Sequence record: SRR31156797_3395 | Direction: 5' to 3' (one strand) | Length of the DNA: 58,011 nucleotides | Shown: positions 10,088-19,852 of the stretch, in pieces | Layout of the letters: each line of letters starts with the position of its first letter | Position numbering within the stretch: the first letter of the stretch is position 1 | Program-made: the position numbers and the translations under genes | The notes under the pieces: generated by a model | Seen by the model: only the letters and a program-made list of their open reading frames with translations | Told to the model about the DNA's origin: nothing | The model's database searches: none

Positions 10088-10214
10088 GCTAAAACTCAAA
10101 TCGACTTTTTAAATCAATCTTTTTTCATTATAATTAACTATATTAACCATTTTCCTGTTGCATTTTCTTTGAAGTATTATAATATATGAATATATGAATA
10201 TTATGAGGTGGCAA

Positions 10215-11393
10215 ATGCTGCGTTTAGTTTTAATTTCTATTTTTGCGTTATCACTCCTTGCCGCATGCGGTAAAGATGAGAAGAAGGCTGAAACTGTCGA
10301 CATAGCGAAGAATGTACCGGTTGAAACAATAACTGTTGCCAAGTCTGCGGCGGCTTCCTCAAGAAGCTTCACAGCGACTGTCGCCAGTGAGAATACTGCT
10401 TTTATCATCCCGAAAGTTGTCGGCTATGTTGAGCAGATTTTTGTAGCTCCTGGGCAAAAGGTTAAAAAAGGGGATCTCCTCGTTACTATCAAAAGCGGCG
10501 AGCTTGAAGACAAGATGAACTTTGCAAAGTCGTCCGTACAGGAAGCTGAAAATGGGCTTAAACAATCAGAGATAGGCTATAAGATGGCTCAGGCTCAGGA
10601 CAAACAGGCGCAATCACAGTTTGATCTCGCAGAGAAAACTTATAACAGATATAAAAACCTCATTAAAAACAATAGTGTCAGCAGACAGGAATTCGATCAG
10701 ATCGAAGCTAAATACGACCTCGCAAAACAGGCGCTGAACATATCCAAGGAAAACGTAAGCCTCGCTTCTGAAAAAGTTGAGCAGGTTAAACTTAAAAGGC
10801 AGCAGGCGAAAAGTATGCTGAGCGAAGTTAATACTTATCTATCATACACTAAGATAAAAGCACCTTTCGACGGTGTTGTCTTAGAAAAAAATATGGACGC
10901 AGGCAACCTCGCCGCTCCGGGTAACCCTATTATGAAGATAGGAAACGAAGCGACAGTCATACATACATTTATAAGCCAGTCGCTCATCGGTGAGATCAAA
11001 ACAGGCATGAAAGCAATGGTAAGCATAGAAACACTCGATCAGGAGTACGAGAGCGAAGTTCTTGAAGTAAGCCCTGACGTGGACGTTTTCACCGGAAATT
11101 TCAAAGTTAAACTTATGGGCTGCGAACAGCTCTATCCGGGGATGTTTGCGAAGGTTCGCTTTGCAACAGGCTCTGAGCAGGTGATAACTGTACCTGACTC
11201 CGCAATAGTCAAACGTGGTCAGCTCACAATTGTTTTCGTAGACGACAACGGTAAGGCTGACATGAGAGTTGTGAAAACCGGACGTGAGCTCGCAGGTTCA
11301 GTTGAAATTCTCTCCGGCTTGGAGATTGGAGAGAGACTAGTAACGAAAAATTCAAAACTCCTTAAATCCGGCGATATTCTTGAGGCAGAATGA
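10215..11393 (+). CDS. RND efflux periplasmic adaptor (MFP) lipoprotein; ORF is open from 10194
   Basis: GAGGTGG RBS before ATG 10215, lipobox LAAC, lipoyl half-motifs (GQKVKKGD, IKAPFDGVV), LYPGMFA. Confidence 0.9.
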   Translation: MLRLVLISIFALSLLAACGKDEKKAETVDIAKNVPVETITVAKSAAASSRSFTATVASENTAFIIPKVVGYVEQIFVAPGQKVKKGDLLVTIKSGELEDKMNFAKSSVQEAENGLKQSEIGYKMAQAQDKQAQSQFDLAEKTYNRYKNLIKNNSVSRQEFDQIEAKYDLAKQALNISKENVSLASEKVEQVKLKRQQAKSMLSEVNTYLSYTKIKAPFDGVVLEKNMDAGNLAAPGNPIMKIGNEATVIHTFISQSLIGEIKTGMKAMVSIETLDQEYESEVLEVSPDVDVFTGNFKVKLMGCEQLYPGMFAKVRFATGSEQVITVPDSAIVKRGQLTIVFVDDNGKADMRVVKTGRELAGSVEILSGLEIGERLVTKNSKLLKSGDILEAE

Positions 11394-14300
11394 TGGAAGA
11401 GAAAAGAAATTTAGCTGAAAAGATAGCCGCAGCGTTTATCACATCTAAGATAACTCCACTTCTTGTCATTGCGACAATCTTCATCGGACTGGTCTCCATA
11501 ATGATGACACCGAAAGAGGAAGAGCCGCAGATTGTTGTTCCTATGGTGGATGTTTTTGTACCTTACCCCGGTGCAACTGCCGGCGATGTTGAGCGTTCCG
11601 TTACAGAGCCGCTCGAGCAGATCATATGGGAAATCCCTGGCGTTGAATACGTTTACAGTACAAGTATGAACGATATGGGTATGGTCATCGTCCGCTTTAA
11701 AGTTGGCGAAAATGAAGTTGACTCCATCACAAAGCTGAAGGACAAGATCGACTTCAATATGACACGTATGCCTTACGGTGTACAGGAGCCGGTAATTCAG
11801 AGGCGAGCGATAGACGACGTACCACAGATAGCTTTCACCTTCTGGTCGAAAGAGTACGATGCGCATCAGCTAAGACAGATCGCTGCTGAAGCTGAAAAAC
11901 GAATAAAAGAAATCGAAAATATATCAAAAACAGAGGTTATAGGGGGATATAAACGAATCCTCCGCATTGAGCCTAACATCGAAAAGCTTAATGCTTACAG
12001 CCTAGACCTCTTCCGCCTGATGAAAGCTGTGGAAAGCTCTAACCTCTCCCTAAACACAGGCGACATCACCAAATCTAACAGAGTTTACTACGTCTCCGCC
12101 GGCGGTTTTTACAAGGATTCAGCCAGTATCAAATCTATGGTGGTCGGCGCCCATAACGGTAAAGCTGTATACCTCAAAGATGTTGCAGATGTTTACGACG
12201 GACCGGAAGTGCCGGAGCACCACCTTCTTATGGGATTTAACCATACCGAATCACTTGAAAGATACCAAGCGGTTACACTATCCATATCCAAGCGTAAAGG
12301 TGCAGACTCAGTTGTAGTCGCTGACGCTGTTATGGAAAAGATGGAAGCACTCAAAGGGTACGTCATCCCTGAGCAGGTAGAAGTGACCGTCACAAGAAAT
12401 TACGGAGAAACAGCTTACACAAAAGTTATGCTCTTAATCGAGCACCTTATTGGTGCTATTATTGCCGTTATTCTCGTTATGACCCTTACAATGGGCTGGC
12501 GGGCAGGTGTCGTTGTCTTCGTGGCACTCCCTGTAACATTCGCCCTCACCTTTTTCGTATATTTTATGTTCGACTACACACTTAACCGTGTAACACTTTT
12601 TGCATTGATATTTGTAGCGGGGCTGGTGGTGGACGACGCCATTATTGTTGTGGAAAATATGGAACGGCACTTTAAGATGGGCGGTAAAAATCTACTGCAA
12701 AAAGCGATTAAAGCTGTAGGCGAAGTCGGTAATCCAACTATACTTGCGACCATTACAGTTATCGTAGCTATCTACCCTATGGCGTTTGTACGTGGTCTTA
12801 TGGGACCTTACATGAAGCCTATGCCGATAGGCGCATCGCTTGCGATGATATTCTCCCTGTTCGTTGCGCTGATGATAACACCTTGGCTCTCTTATAAACT
12901 CCTCGCTGGTCATGCGGCCAAACACGCTGGCGACGGTGTCGATGAGGAAGCTTTTGTAAAGCAGACGAAACTCTATAAGGTATATAACAAACTATTCGGA
13001 ACACTCATTGATAATAAGTTTAAGCGTTTCCTCACTTTCGGTGTGCTCATTACACTCTTTTTTGCATCATTTCTCTTCATCCCTTCCAAGCTGGTTGTAA
13101 TGAAGATGCTCCCTTTTGATAACAAAAACGAAATCCAGATTGTAATCGACACTCCAGAGGGGACACCGCTTGAAAAAACCACCCTCGTGGCAACTGAGGT
13201 AGGCAAGTATATTGCAACTCTACCAGAAGTTGATAACTATCAGATTTACTCTGGTCTATCATCACCTTATAACTTTAACGGGCTTGTGCGTCACTACTTC
13301 CTCCGTTCGGGGCATAACGTAGCTGACGTTCAGGTGAACCTTGTTGATAAATCACTCCGTGATCTGGACAGCCATAAGCTGGCTAAGCTAATGCGTACAC
13401 CTGTTCAGGAGATCGGTAAAAAATATAACGCTAATATCAAAATAGCCGAGGTTCCGCCGGGGCCTCCGGTACTCTCGACATTGGTTGCAGAGGTTTACGG
13501 ACCTGACGCCAAGAGCCGTAAAGAAGTAGCAGATATGATTATGAATGTCTTCAGAGAGACTGATGGCGTTGTAGATATCGACACTTATGACGAAGAAAAC
13601 ATGATCCAGCTAGACCTTCAGGTTGATAAGCAGAAGGCGGCTGTGATGGGTATATCTTCCGAGATGGTATCTAAAACCTTATACATGGCGCTTCAGGGTA
13701 TGAAGGCCGGTGTCCTCCACACTGAGCAGGACAGAGAGCCGGTTGATATCATCATCAAACTCCCTGAGAGCAGACGTAACATGATTGAAACACTATCCGA
13801 GATCAACCTTGTCTCAATGAGCGGGCGCTCTGTGTCCCTGGGCGAGCTTGTGACCGTAAGGGAAAAGATCAAAGATAAATCTGTTTACCATAAGAATATG
13901 AAGCCGGTCACATACATAACAGCGGATGTTGCGGGCAAGGTTGAAAGCCCTGTTTACCTCATCCTCGATATGAAGAAGAAGATAGCCGAACTAGACTGGC
14001 AGGGGCTCCCTGTGAAGCAGTACTGGACAGATGCACCGTCTAACTATGACGTACCTTCTGTTAAGTGGGACGGCGAGTGGCAGATAACCTACGAAGTTTT
14101 CCGTGACCTAGGGCTGGCATTTGCGGCGGTTCTTGTGCTTATGTATTTTGTACTTGTGGGCTGGTTTAAATCATTCTCGACTCCGCTCATAATGATGGTT
14201 CCGATCCCTCTTTCACTGCTCGGCATAATCCCCGGGCACTTTATATTCGATAAGTTTTTCACAGCTACCAGTATGATAGGCTTTATCGCTCTGGCGGGAA

Positions 14301-14611
14301 TAATGGTTCGTAACGCTGTGCTACTCATAGACTTTACCGAGCACGCACTGGCAAATGGTAAGAGCTTACGAGATGCTGTTATCGAATCAGGTGCGATACG
14401 GACAAGACCTGTTGTACTTACCACTGTGGCGGTTGTTGCCGGGGCGCTGTTTATGCTCCCTGACCCTATTTTTGCTGGACTTGGTGTGTCACTCATAACC
14501 GGTGCTATAGTATCAACAATTCTGACACTTTTGATAATCCCATTATTATATTATTTCCATCATACATTTTGGGATCCTAAGCTTAATAAGGAGAAAACTC
14601 ATGAGCATTAA
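11390..14611 (+). CDS. RND efflux transporter permease (AcrB/AcrD/AcrF family)
   Basis: 1073 aa, GLVVDDAIIVVEN (TM4), GIMVRNAVLLID, RTRPVVLT. Confidence 0.95.
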   Translation: MMEEKRNLAEKIAAAFITSKITPLLVIATIFIGLVSIMMTPKEEEPQIVVPMVDVFVPYPGATAGDVERSVTEPLEQIIWEIPGVEYVYSTSMNDMGMVIVRFKVGENEVDSITKLKDKIDFNMTRMPYGVQEPVIQRRAIDDVPQIAFTFWSKEYDAHQLRQIAAEAEKRIKEIENISKTEVIGGYKRILRIEPNIEKLNAYSLDLFRLMKAVESSNLSLNTGDITKSNRVYYVSAGGFYKDSASIKSMVVGAHNGKAVYLKDVADVYDGPEVPEHHLLMGFNHTESLERYQAVTLSISKRKGADSVVVADAVMEKMEALKGYVIPEQVEVTVTRNYGETAYTKVMLLIEHLIGAIIAVILVMTLTMGWRAGVVVFVALPVTFALTFFVYFMFDYTLNRVTLFALIFVAGLVVDDAIIVVENMERHFKMGGKNLLQKAIKAVGEVGNPTILATITVIVAIYPMAFVRGLMGPYMKPMPIGASLAMIFSLFVALMITPWLSYKLLAGHAAKHAGDGVDEEAFVKQTKLYKVYNKLFGTLIDNKFKRFLTFGVLITLFFASFLFIPSKLVVMKMLPFDNKNEIQIVIDTPEGTPLEKTTLVATEVGKYIATLPEVDNYQIYSGLSSPYNFNGLVRHYFLRSGHNVADVQVNLVDKSLRDLDSHKLAKLMRTPVQEIGKKYNANIKIAEVPPGPPVLSTLVAEVYGPDAKSRKEVADMIMNVFRETDGVVDIDTYDEENMIQLDLQVDKQKAAVMGISSEMVSKTLYMALQGMKAGVLHTEQDREPVDIIIKLPESRRNMIETLSEINLVSMSGRSVSLGELVTVREKIKDKSVYHKNMKPVTYITADVAGKVESPVYLILDMKKKIAELDWQGLPVKQYWTDAPSNYDVPSVKWDGEWQITYEVFRDLGLAFAAVLVLMYFVLVGWFKSFSTPLIMMVPIPLSLLGIIPGHFIFDKFFTATSMIGFIALAGIMVRNAVLLIDFTEHALANGKSLRDAVIESGAIRTRPVVLTTVAVVAGALFMLPDPIFAGLGVSLITGAIVSTILTLLIIPLLYYFHHTFWDPKLNKEKTHEH

Positions 14612-14792
14612 AGATATTTTAAGATTAGTACCTGGTATATTTATACTTTTCAGCGTACCTATGGGCATGTATGTAAACAAGTGGTGGTTCGCTCTCACTA
14701 TATTTGTCGGGCTTAACCTCCTCCAGTCCGCTTTCACAAAGTGGTGCCTTCTTGAGGACATACTTAAGAAAATAGGGATAAGAGAAGTTTAG
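14601..14792 (+). CDS. DUF2892 (YgaP-like) small membrane protein
   Basis: Two TM segments, VGLNLLQSAFTKWCL..IL motif; AAGGAG RBS. Confidence 0.85.
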   Translation: MSIKDILRLVPGIFILFSVPMGMYVNKWWFALTIFVGLNLLQSAFTKWCLLEDILKKIGIREV

Positions 14793-14797
14793 GCAGG

Positions 14798-14826
14798 TTG
14801 CACCTACGAATAATATAAGCTATTAT
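14798..14826 (+). promoter_or_regulatory. Sigma70-type promoter directly abutting the AI-2E start codon
   Basis: TTGCAC-17 bp-TATTAT, then 5 nt to ATG 14832. Confidence 0.5.
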
Positions 14827-14831
14827 TCAGC

Positions 14832-15860
14832 ATGAGTATTTTCAAGTTAGACTTAAACTACAAAAATCTGCTGATAATCGCTGGTACGGTGCTTGTCGCC
14901 ATACTTATATATAAGATAGAAGCGATCATATCCATCTTTGCTGTGTCATTTTTCGTGGCATACCTGTTAGATCCCCTCATAGACAAGATGGAGGATGCAA
15001 AGATACCCCGTGGGCTGAGCATCTTCATACTTATTATCGTGATCACTATCATTATGGTGGTAGCGATACTCGCCCTTCTTCCACAGCTATACTCTGAGAT
15101 TAAATACCTCTCAGATGCTATGCCGAAACTTATCGGTTCTATGGCTGATACAGCCCAAAATCTGGCTGATAGACTCGGCTTTGATACCTCTGTAAACGGG
15201 CTAAAAGAACAACTGGCACCGAAAGCAGGTGAGATAGCATCTAATGTTATGAACGCTGTTAAGGGTGTTCTTATATCCACCTCATCAGCCGTAAGCTCTG
15301 TCGTGAACCTCGCTATCATACCTATCTTAGTCTTTTACTTCCTCAAGGATTTTGACAGGATAAATGAAAAGCTTTTCACCACACTGGAGAATAAATATCC
15401 TAATGACTACCGCAGATACCTTAAGGAGTTCGATCAGTTACTCTCTGTTTATTTCCGTGGACAGATAATAGTAGCGGGAATCTTAGCTGTTTTATATACA
15501 ACAGTCCTCCTCGTTTCAGGCGTAAAACCTGCGATACTCATCGGGCTGGTCTCAGGCATATTGAGCGTTGTCCCTTATCTAGGCTTTATAGTAGGTTTTG
15601 GAGCATCGCTGGTGTTGTCAATATTGCAATTTCAGGACTTTCTGCACCCTCTGATGGTCATAGTTGGTTTCGCTATTGTACAGCTTATCGAAGGGAATAT
15701 TATCACACCTAAAATAGTAGGCGAGTCACTCGGGCTTCACCCTACTGCTGTTATATTCGCACTGCTCGCAGGAGGAACACTCTTCGGCATTGGCGGGATG
15801 ATCATAGCTCTCCCAGTGGCGGCGTTCATAAAAATCATTCTGAAAGAACAGTTTGCATGA
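14832..15860 (+). CDS. AI-2E family (PerM) transporter
   Basis: AYLLDP, YFRGQ, VPYLG, QLIEGNIITPKIVG, LGLHP motifs. Confidence 0.92.
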   Translation: MSIFKLDLNYKNLLIIAGTVLVAILIYKIEAIISIFAVSFFVAYLLDPLIDKMEDAKIPRGLSIFILIIVITIIMVVAILALLPQLYSEIKYLSDAMPKLIGSMADTAQNLADRLGFDTSVNGLKEQLAPKAGEIASNVMNAVKGVLISTSSAVSSVVNLAIIPILVFYFLKDFDRINEKLFTTLENKYPNDYRRYLKEFDQLLSVYFRGQIIVAGILAVLYTTVLLVSGVKPAILIGLVSGILSVVPYLGFIVGFGASLVLSILQFQDFLHPLMVIVGFAIVQLIEGNIITPKIVGESLGLHPTAVIFALLAGGTLFGIGGMIIALPVAAFIKIILKEQFA

Positions 15861-16555
15861 AAGTAGAAGGAAAACTCTGGATAGATATCAATGGGCTGGG
15901 CACAGCCGGACAGATGCGCATCCAGCTTCTCGAGCAGATAGCCGAAACAGGCTCTATAAACAAGGCTGCAGAAGCCGTAGGGCTAAGCTATAAAGCAGCT
16001 TGGGAGAACATAAACTCACTCAATGAGATATTCGGGAAAAACCTTGTAGAGCGCAAAATAGGCGGTCGTGGAGGCGGAGGAACCATCCTTACCGATCACG
16101 GCAGACAGCTGATCAAAACATATAACCACTACAACAGACTGCACGAGCTTTACCTCACTGACATCTCACTGATGAACTGTGTTGATGCTGAGATAAAAAC
16201 TATCCGAGATGATGGATACGCTCAGGCGGTGAGTATAGGCGGCGAAGAGATCGCCTGCGTGCTTCTCGATAAAGAGATCAAAGAGGGCGACAAGGTAAAC
16301 CTGTTCATTAAGCCATCTGATATCATTCTGCTGAATAACTCTGAGTTTGAAACCAGCGCACGTAATCTACTTAAGACAAAAGTTAAAACCTTGTCCAACT
16401 CTGACGGTAAGTGTGACGTCATCCTTACATCAGAAAAAGAGACCACACTGACCGTGCGCATAACATCAGCCAGTGCAGAAAAGCTTAAACTTAAGAAAGG
16501 TTCAGACATTTACGCTCTATTCAAAACTGCATCTGTGCTTGCGGCTATCAAATAA
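15857..16555 (+). CDS. modE: ModE family molybdate-responsive regulator (wHTH + TOBE)
   Basis: TGSINKAA..GLSYKAAW, GGRGGGGT.LT, TSARN, C-terminal Mop/TOBE domain. Confidence 0.85.
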   Translation: MKVEGKLWIDINGLGTAGQMRIQLLEQIAETGSINKAAEAVGLSYKAAWENINSLNEIFGKNLVERKIGGRGGGGTILTDHGRQLIKTYNHYNRLHELYLTDISLMNCVDAEIKTIRDDGYAQAVSIGGEEIACVLLDKEIKEGDKVNLFIKPSDIILLNNSEFETSARNLLKTKVKTLSNSDGKCDVILTSEKETTLTVRITSASAEKLKLKKGSDIYALFKTASVLAAIK

Positions 16556-16592
16556 CTCTTTACGCATGCATATTTTATGCTATCTTTGACAC

Positions 16593-17657
16593 ATGAAAAT
16601 ACTTGTGACAGGGACAGCCGGCTTCATAGGAAGTCATCTGGCTAACAGACTTATCGAAAGGGGCGATCAGGTTGTAGGGCTCGATAATATCAACGACTAC
16701 TACGACGTCCGTGTGAAATACGGCAGGCTCCAAAATAGCGGCATTATCAAAGACCTAAAAGATGGCGAAAACATCCTTTACGGTGAAACTATAACATCGC
16801 ACCTCAACCCTGATCACAAGTTCATTAAGCTGAACCTAGAAGATAAAAACGCAATATTTAAGCTTTTCGAAATAGAAAATTTTGATGCTGTATGCAATCT
16901 CGCCGCTCAGGCTGGAGTCAGATATTCACTCACAAACCCTGATGCATATATCGACAGCAATATTGTCGGCTTTATGAACATCCTCGAAGCTTGCAGGCAT
17001 TTTGAAGTTAAAAACCTCTCATACGCATCCAGCAGCTCTGTTTACGGGCTGAACGAGGAGATACCTTTCAGTACAAAGCACGGGGTAGACCACCCTATTT
17101 CCCTTTACGCCGCAAGTAAGAAATCTAACGAGCTTATGGCTCACACGTACAGCCACCTGTTTAAGATACAAACCACAGGACTCCGCTTCTTCACTGTTTA
17201 CGGACCTTGGGGCAGACCGGACATGGCACTATTCCTATTCACAAAAGCAGCTCTAGAAGGTAAGCCTATAGACGTTTTCAACAACGGATATATGCTCAGA
17301 GATTTCACCTTCATAGATGACATAGTCGAAGGTGTTATAAGAGTCATAGACAATCCGGCTAAAGCAAATGAGGATTTCGACGGTAAAGACCCAGCCTCAT
17401 CATCTGCACCGTATAAGGTTTATAATATTGGAAATAACAACCCTGTTAAGCTGCTAGACTTTATTGAAGCGATAGAAAACAGACTCGGCAAAAAGATAGA
17501 TAAAAACATGCTTCCTATCCAGCCGGGTGATGTCCAAACAACATATGCAGATGTCACTGATCTGGTAGAGGACTTAGGCTATAAACCATCCACACCTATT
17601 CAGGAAGGGATTAATAAGTTTGTAGACTGGTATATGGATTTCTTCGATATCAATTAA
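16593..17657 (+). CDS. NAD-dependent epimerase, UDP-glucuronate 4-epimerase-like
   Basis: TGTAGFIG, LAAQAGVRYS, ASSSSVYG, YAASKKSNE, YGPWGRPDMA. Confidence 0.92.
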   Translation: MKILVTGTAGFIGSHLANRLIERGDQVVGLDNINDYYDVRVKYGRLQNSGIIKDLKDGENILYGETITSHLNPDHKFIKLNLEDKNAIFKLFEIENFDAVCNLAAQAGVRYSLTNPDAYIDSNIVGFMNILEACRHFEVKNLSYASSSSVYGLNEEIPFSTKHGVDHPISLYAASKKSNELMAHTYSHLFKIQTTGLRFFTVYGPWGRPDMALFLFTKAALEGKPIDVFNNGYMLRDFTFIDDIVEGVIRVIDNPAKANEDFDGKDPASSSAPYKVYNIGNNNPVKLLDFIEAIENRLGKKIDKNMLPIQPGDVQTTYADVTDLVEDLGYKPSTPIQEGINKFVDWYMDFFDIN

Positions 17658-17734
17658 TCAATAACCTCATCAGACGACTGGCAGGAGTCGAAAAACAAAG
17701 CACTCTGATAATTGTCACAGTGTCGTGATAAACC

Positions 17735-19852
17735 TTAAGTTGCTAACTTGAGGAAAGATATCCGGATTTTTTTCAGACCACCGCTTTTGAAGAAAACATC
17801 AGCATTCGCACTATCGCCCGTTCCGGTAATGGCTACAACCATCCCCTCGCCAAACTTATCGTGGGAGACTTGGCTTCCGTTCTTAATACCGTTGATCTCA
17901 ACAACTTTCTTTTTAAAGGTAGGTTTAGTCGCCTTCGGGAGCGGCATACCATCCATTTTCGGTTTTTTGAAGCCTACAATGCCCATCTCGTCTATGAAAA
18001 CTGAACGCATCTGCGGCATGTATTTACCATAGATCATCCTGGTCTGAGCGTATGTCATATGAAGGTTCTGCTTAGCACGAGTAACTCCCACGTATGCCAG
18101 CCTGCGTTCTTCCTCAAGCTCGTCCGGTTCCTCAAGACTGCCGTGGAGCGGAAAGAGACCATTTTCAAGACCGGTTAGGAAAACAGTTTCAAACTCGAGC
18201 CCTTTCGCCGAGTGTATTGTCATAAGCTGGACACGGCTCTCCGCCGGTTCATCGGACGATGTCGAAATCGCTGTTGTAGCTAGAAAATCTGTGATAAGTG
18301 CATCACGGTTATTTATTTCAAAAGAGACAGATGCGTTAAAAAGCTCGTCAATGTTACTTATACGGCGCTCCGCTTCCTGCTCGTCCTCATACTTTTTCAC
18401 ATACTCTTTATAGTCAGCATGCTCAATGACACCCTTAACCATCTCACTCACTTTCAGACAAGATGATAATTCATTGAATATATTAAGGAATTTACGGAAA
18501 GCTTCCTTCTGGGCACCACGAATCTGATCGTTCATAGCGTAGATCGCCTCAAGGATGCTTACACCATTCTCAGATGCGTAGTTTGTCACCTTATTAATTG
18601 TCGTATCACCAATGCCTCTCGGCGGTGCTTTCACTGCTCTTCTGAAAGAAACAGAATCGTAAGGGTTATCAAACAGCCTGAGATAAGCGAGGATATCTTT
18701 GATCTCACGCCTCTGATAGAAACCAACAGAGCCGATAACTTTATAAGCTACGCCCTGTCTGTTCATCAAAACCTCGAAGTTACGTGACTGACCGTTAGTA
18801 CGGTAAAGGACCGCAATCTCATTACCAGGCACACCATCAGCGAGATACTTCTCCACCTGCTCAACAACAAAATCAGCCTCATCAGTCTCACGGCTCACAG
18901 GTAAAACCTGTACCAAACCGCCCTCTTTCCTGAAGGCAACCAAATCCTTCCCCTTACGGAGTTTATTATTCTTTATTAATTGGTTAGCCGCTTGCAAAAT
19001 CTGCGGACGACTGCGATAGTTCTCTACAAGCCTGATCATCTTCGTATTTTCAAAGATGGTGTCAAACTCAAGGATGTTGCGGATATCAGCACCACGCCAG
19101 CCGTAGATAGACTGGTCGTCGTCACCTACAACACAAAGGTTTCCATCCGTACCAGCAAGCAGATGCAGAAAGAGAAACTGAATGTCGTTAGTGTCCTGAT
19201 ATTCGTCCACAAGGATGTATTGAAAAAGTTCTTTATAATAGTTAATGGTATCCGGATGTTTCTGAAACATACGAATGGTTAGCGCAAGCATATCATCAAA
19301 GTCGATAAGCTTCTGATCTTCGAGGCGTTTCTGATATGCCGCAAAAACGTTAGAGAAATCTTGTGTAAGCTCTTCCGGCTTCTTCTTATCAACGTAAGCA
19401 CGTGTGTTCTTAAACGTTGAGATCATGTTCATATATTTCTTCGGCGGATATTTCTTGTGGTCGATGTTCAGATTCTTCACCACATCTCTCATGGTTGCGA
19501 GCCTGTCATCTTGGTCAAGGATACCAAAACCTACTGATATGCCAGCCTTTTCAGGGTCACGACGTAATAAGCGTAGACATATAGAGTGAAATGTTCCGAT
19601 CCATATATCTGCGTCTTCGTAATCTACAAGCTTAAGGATCCGCTCCTTCATCTCGCCAGCAGCCTTATTAGTAAAGGTCACAGCCAATATGTTTCTCGAA
19701 GGGATTCCAACATTATTTATCAGATGCGCAATACGGTATGTGATAACACGTGTCTTTCCAGTTCCAGCCCCTGCAAGTACAAGCAAAGGTCCTTCGGTTG
19801 TTACAACTGCGTCGTATTGTGCTTTATTAAGTTCGTTTTTATAATCAGGCAT
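17735..19852 (-). CDS. pcrA: ATP-dependent DNA helicase UvrD/PcrA
   Basis: AGAGTGKT, TFTNKAA, VDEYQD, NYRS, TIHSAKGLEF, EERRLAYVGVTRA, C-terminal Tudor-like domain. Confidence 0.95.
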   Translation of the reverse strand: MPDYKNELNKAQYDAVVTTEGPLLVLAGAGTGKTRVITYRIAHLINNVGIPSRNILAVTFTNKAAGEMKERILKLVDYEDADIWIGTFHSICLRLLRRDPEKAGISVGFGILDQDDRLATMRDVVKNLNIDHKKYPPKKYMNMISTFKNTRAYVDKKKPEELTQDFSNVFAAYQKRLEDQKLIDFDDMLALTIRMFQKHPDTINYYKELFQYILVDEYQDTNDIQFLFLHLLAGTDGNLCVVGDDDQSIYGWRGADIRNILEFDTIFENTKMIRLVENYRSRPQILQAANQLIKNNKLRKGKDLVAFRKEGGLVQVLPVSRETDEADFVVEQVEKYLADGVPGNEIAVLYRTNGQSRNFEVLMNRQGVAYKVIGSVGFYQRREIKDILAYLRLFDNPYDSVSFRRAVKAPPRGIGDTTINKVTNYASENGVSILEAIYAMNDQIRGAQKEAFRKFLNIFNELSSCLKVSEMVKGVIEHADYKEYVKKYEDEQEAERRISNIDELFNASVSFEINNRDALITDFLATTAISTSSDEPAESRVQLMTIHSAKGLEFETVFLTGLENGLFPLHGSLEEPDELEEERRLAYVGVTRAKQNLHMTYAQTRMIYGKYMPQMRSVFIDEMGIVGFKKPKMDGMPLPKATKPTFKKKVVEINGIKNGSQVSHDKFGEGMVVAITGTGDSANADVFFKSGGLKKIRISFLKLAT

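Noticed and set aside
8717-10096. TAAAACT on both sides of the inserted sugar transferase as a target-site duplication
   Set aside because: Only 7 bp of AT-rich sequence, expected by chance; no terminal inverted repeats or transposase
17660-17734. Hammerhead-ribozyme-like words (CTGATGAG on minus strand; GACT..AGTCGAAA on plus strand) between convergent genes
   Set aside because: The CUGANGA and GAAA cores are not on the same strand around a proper stem II; more likely simple hairpins acting in termination
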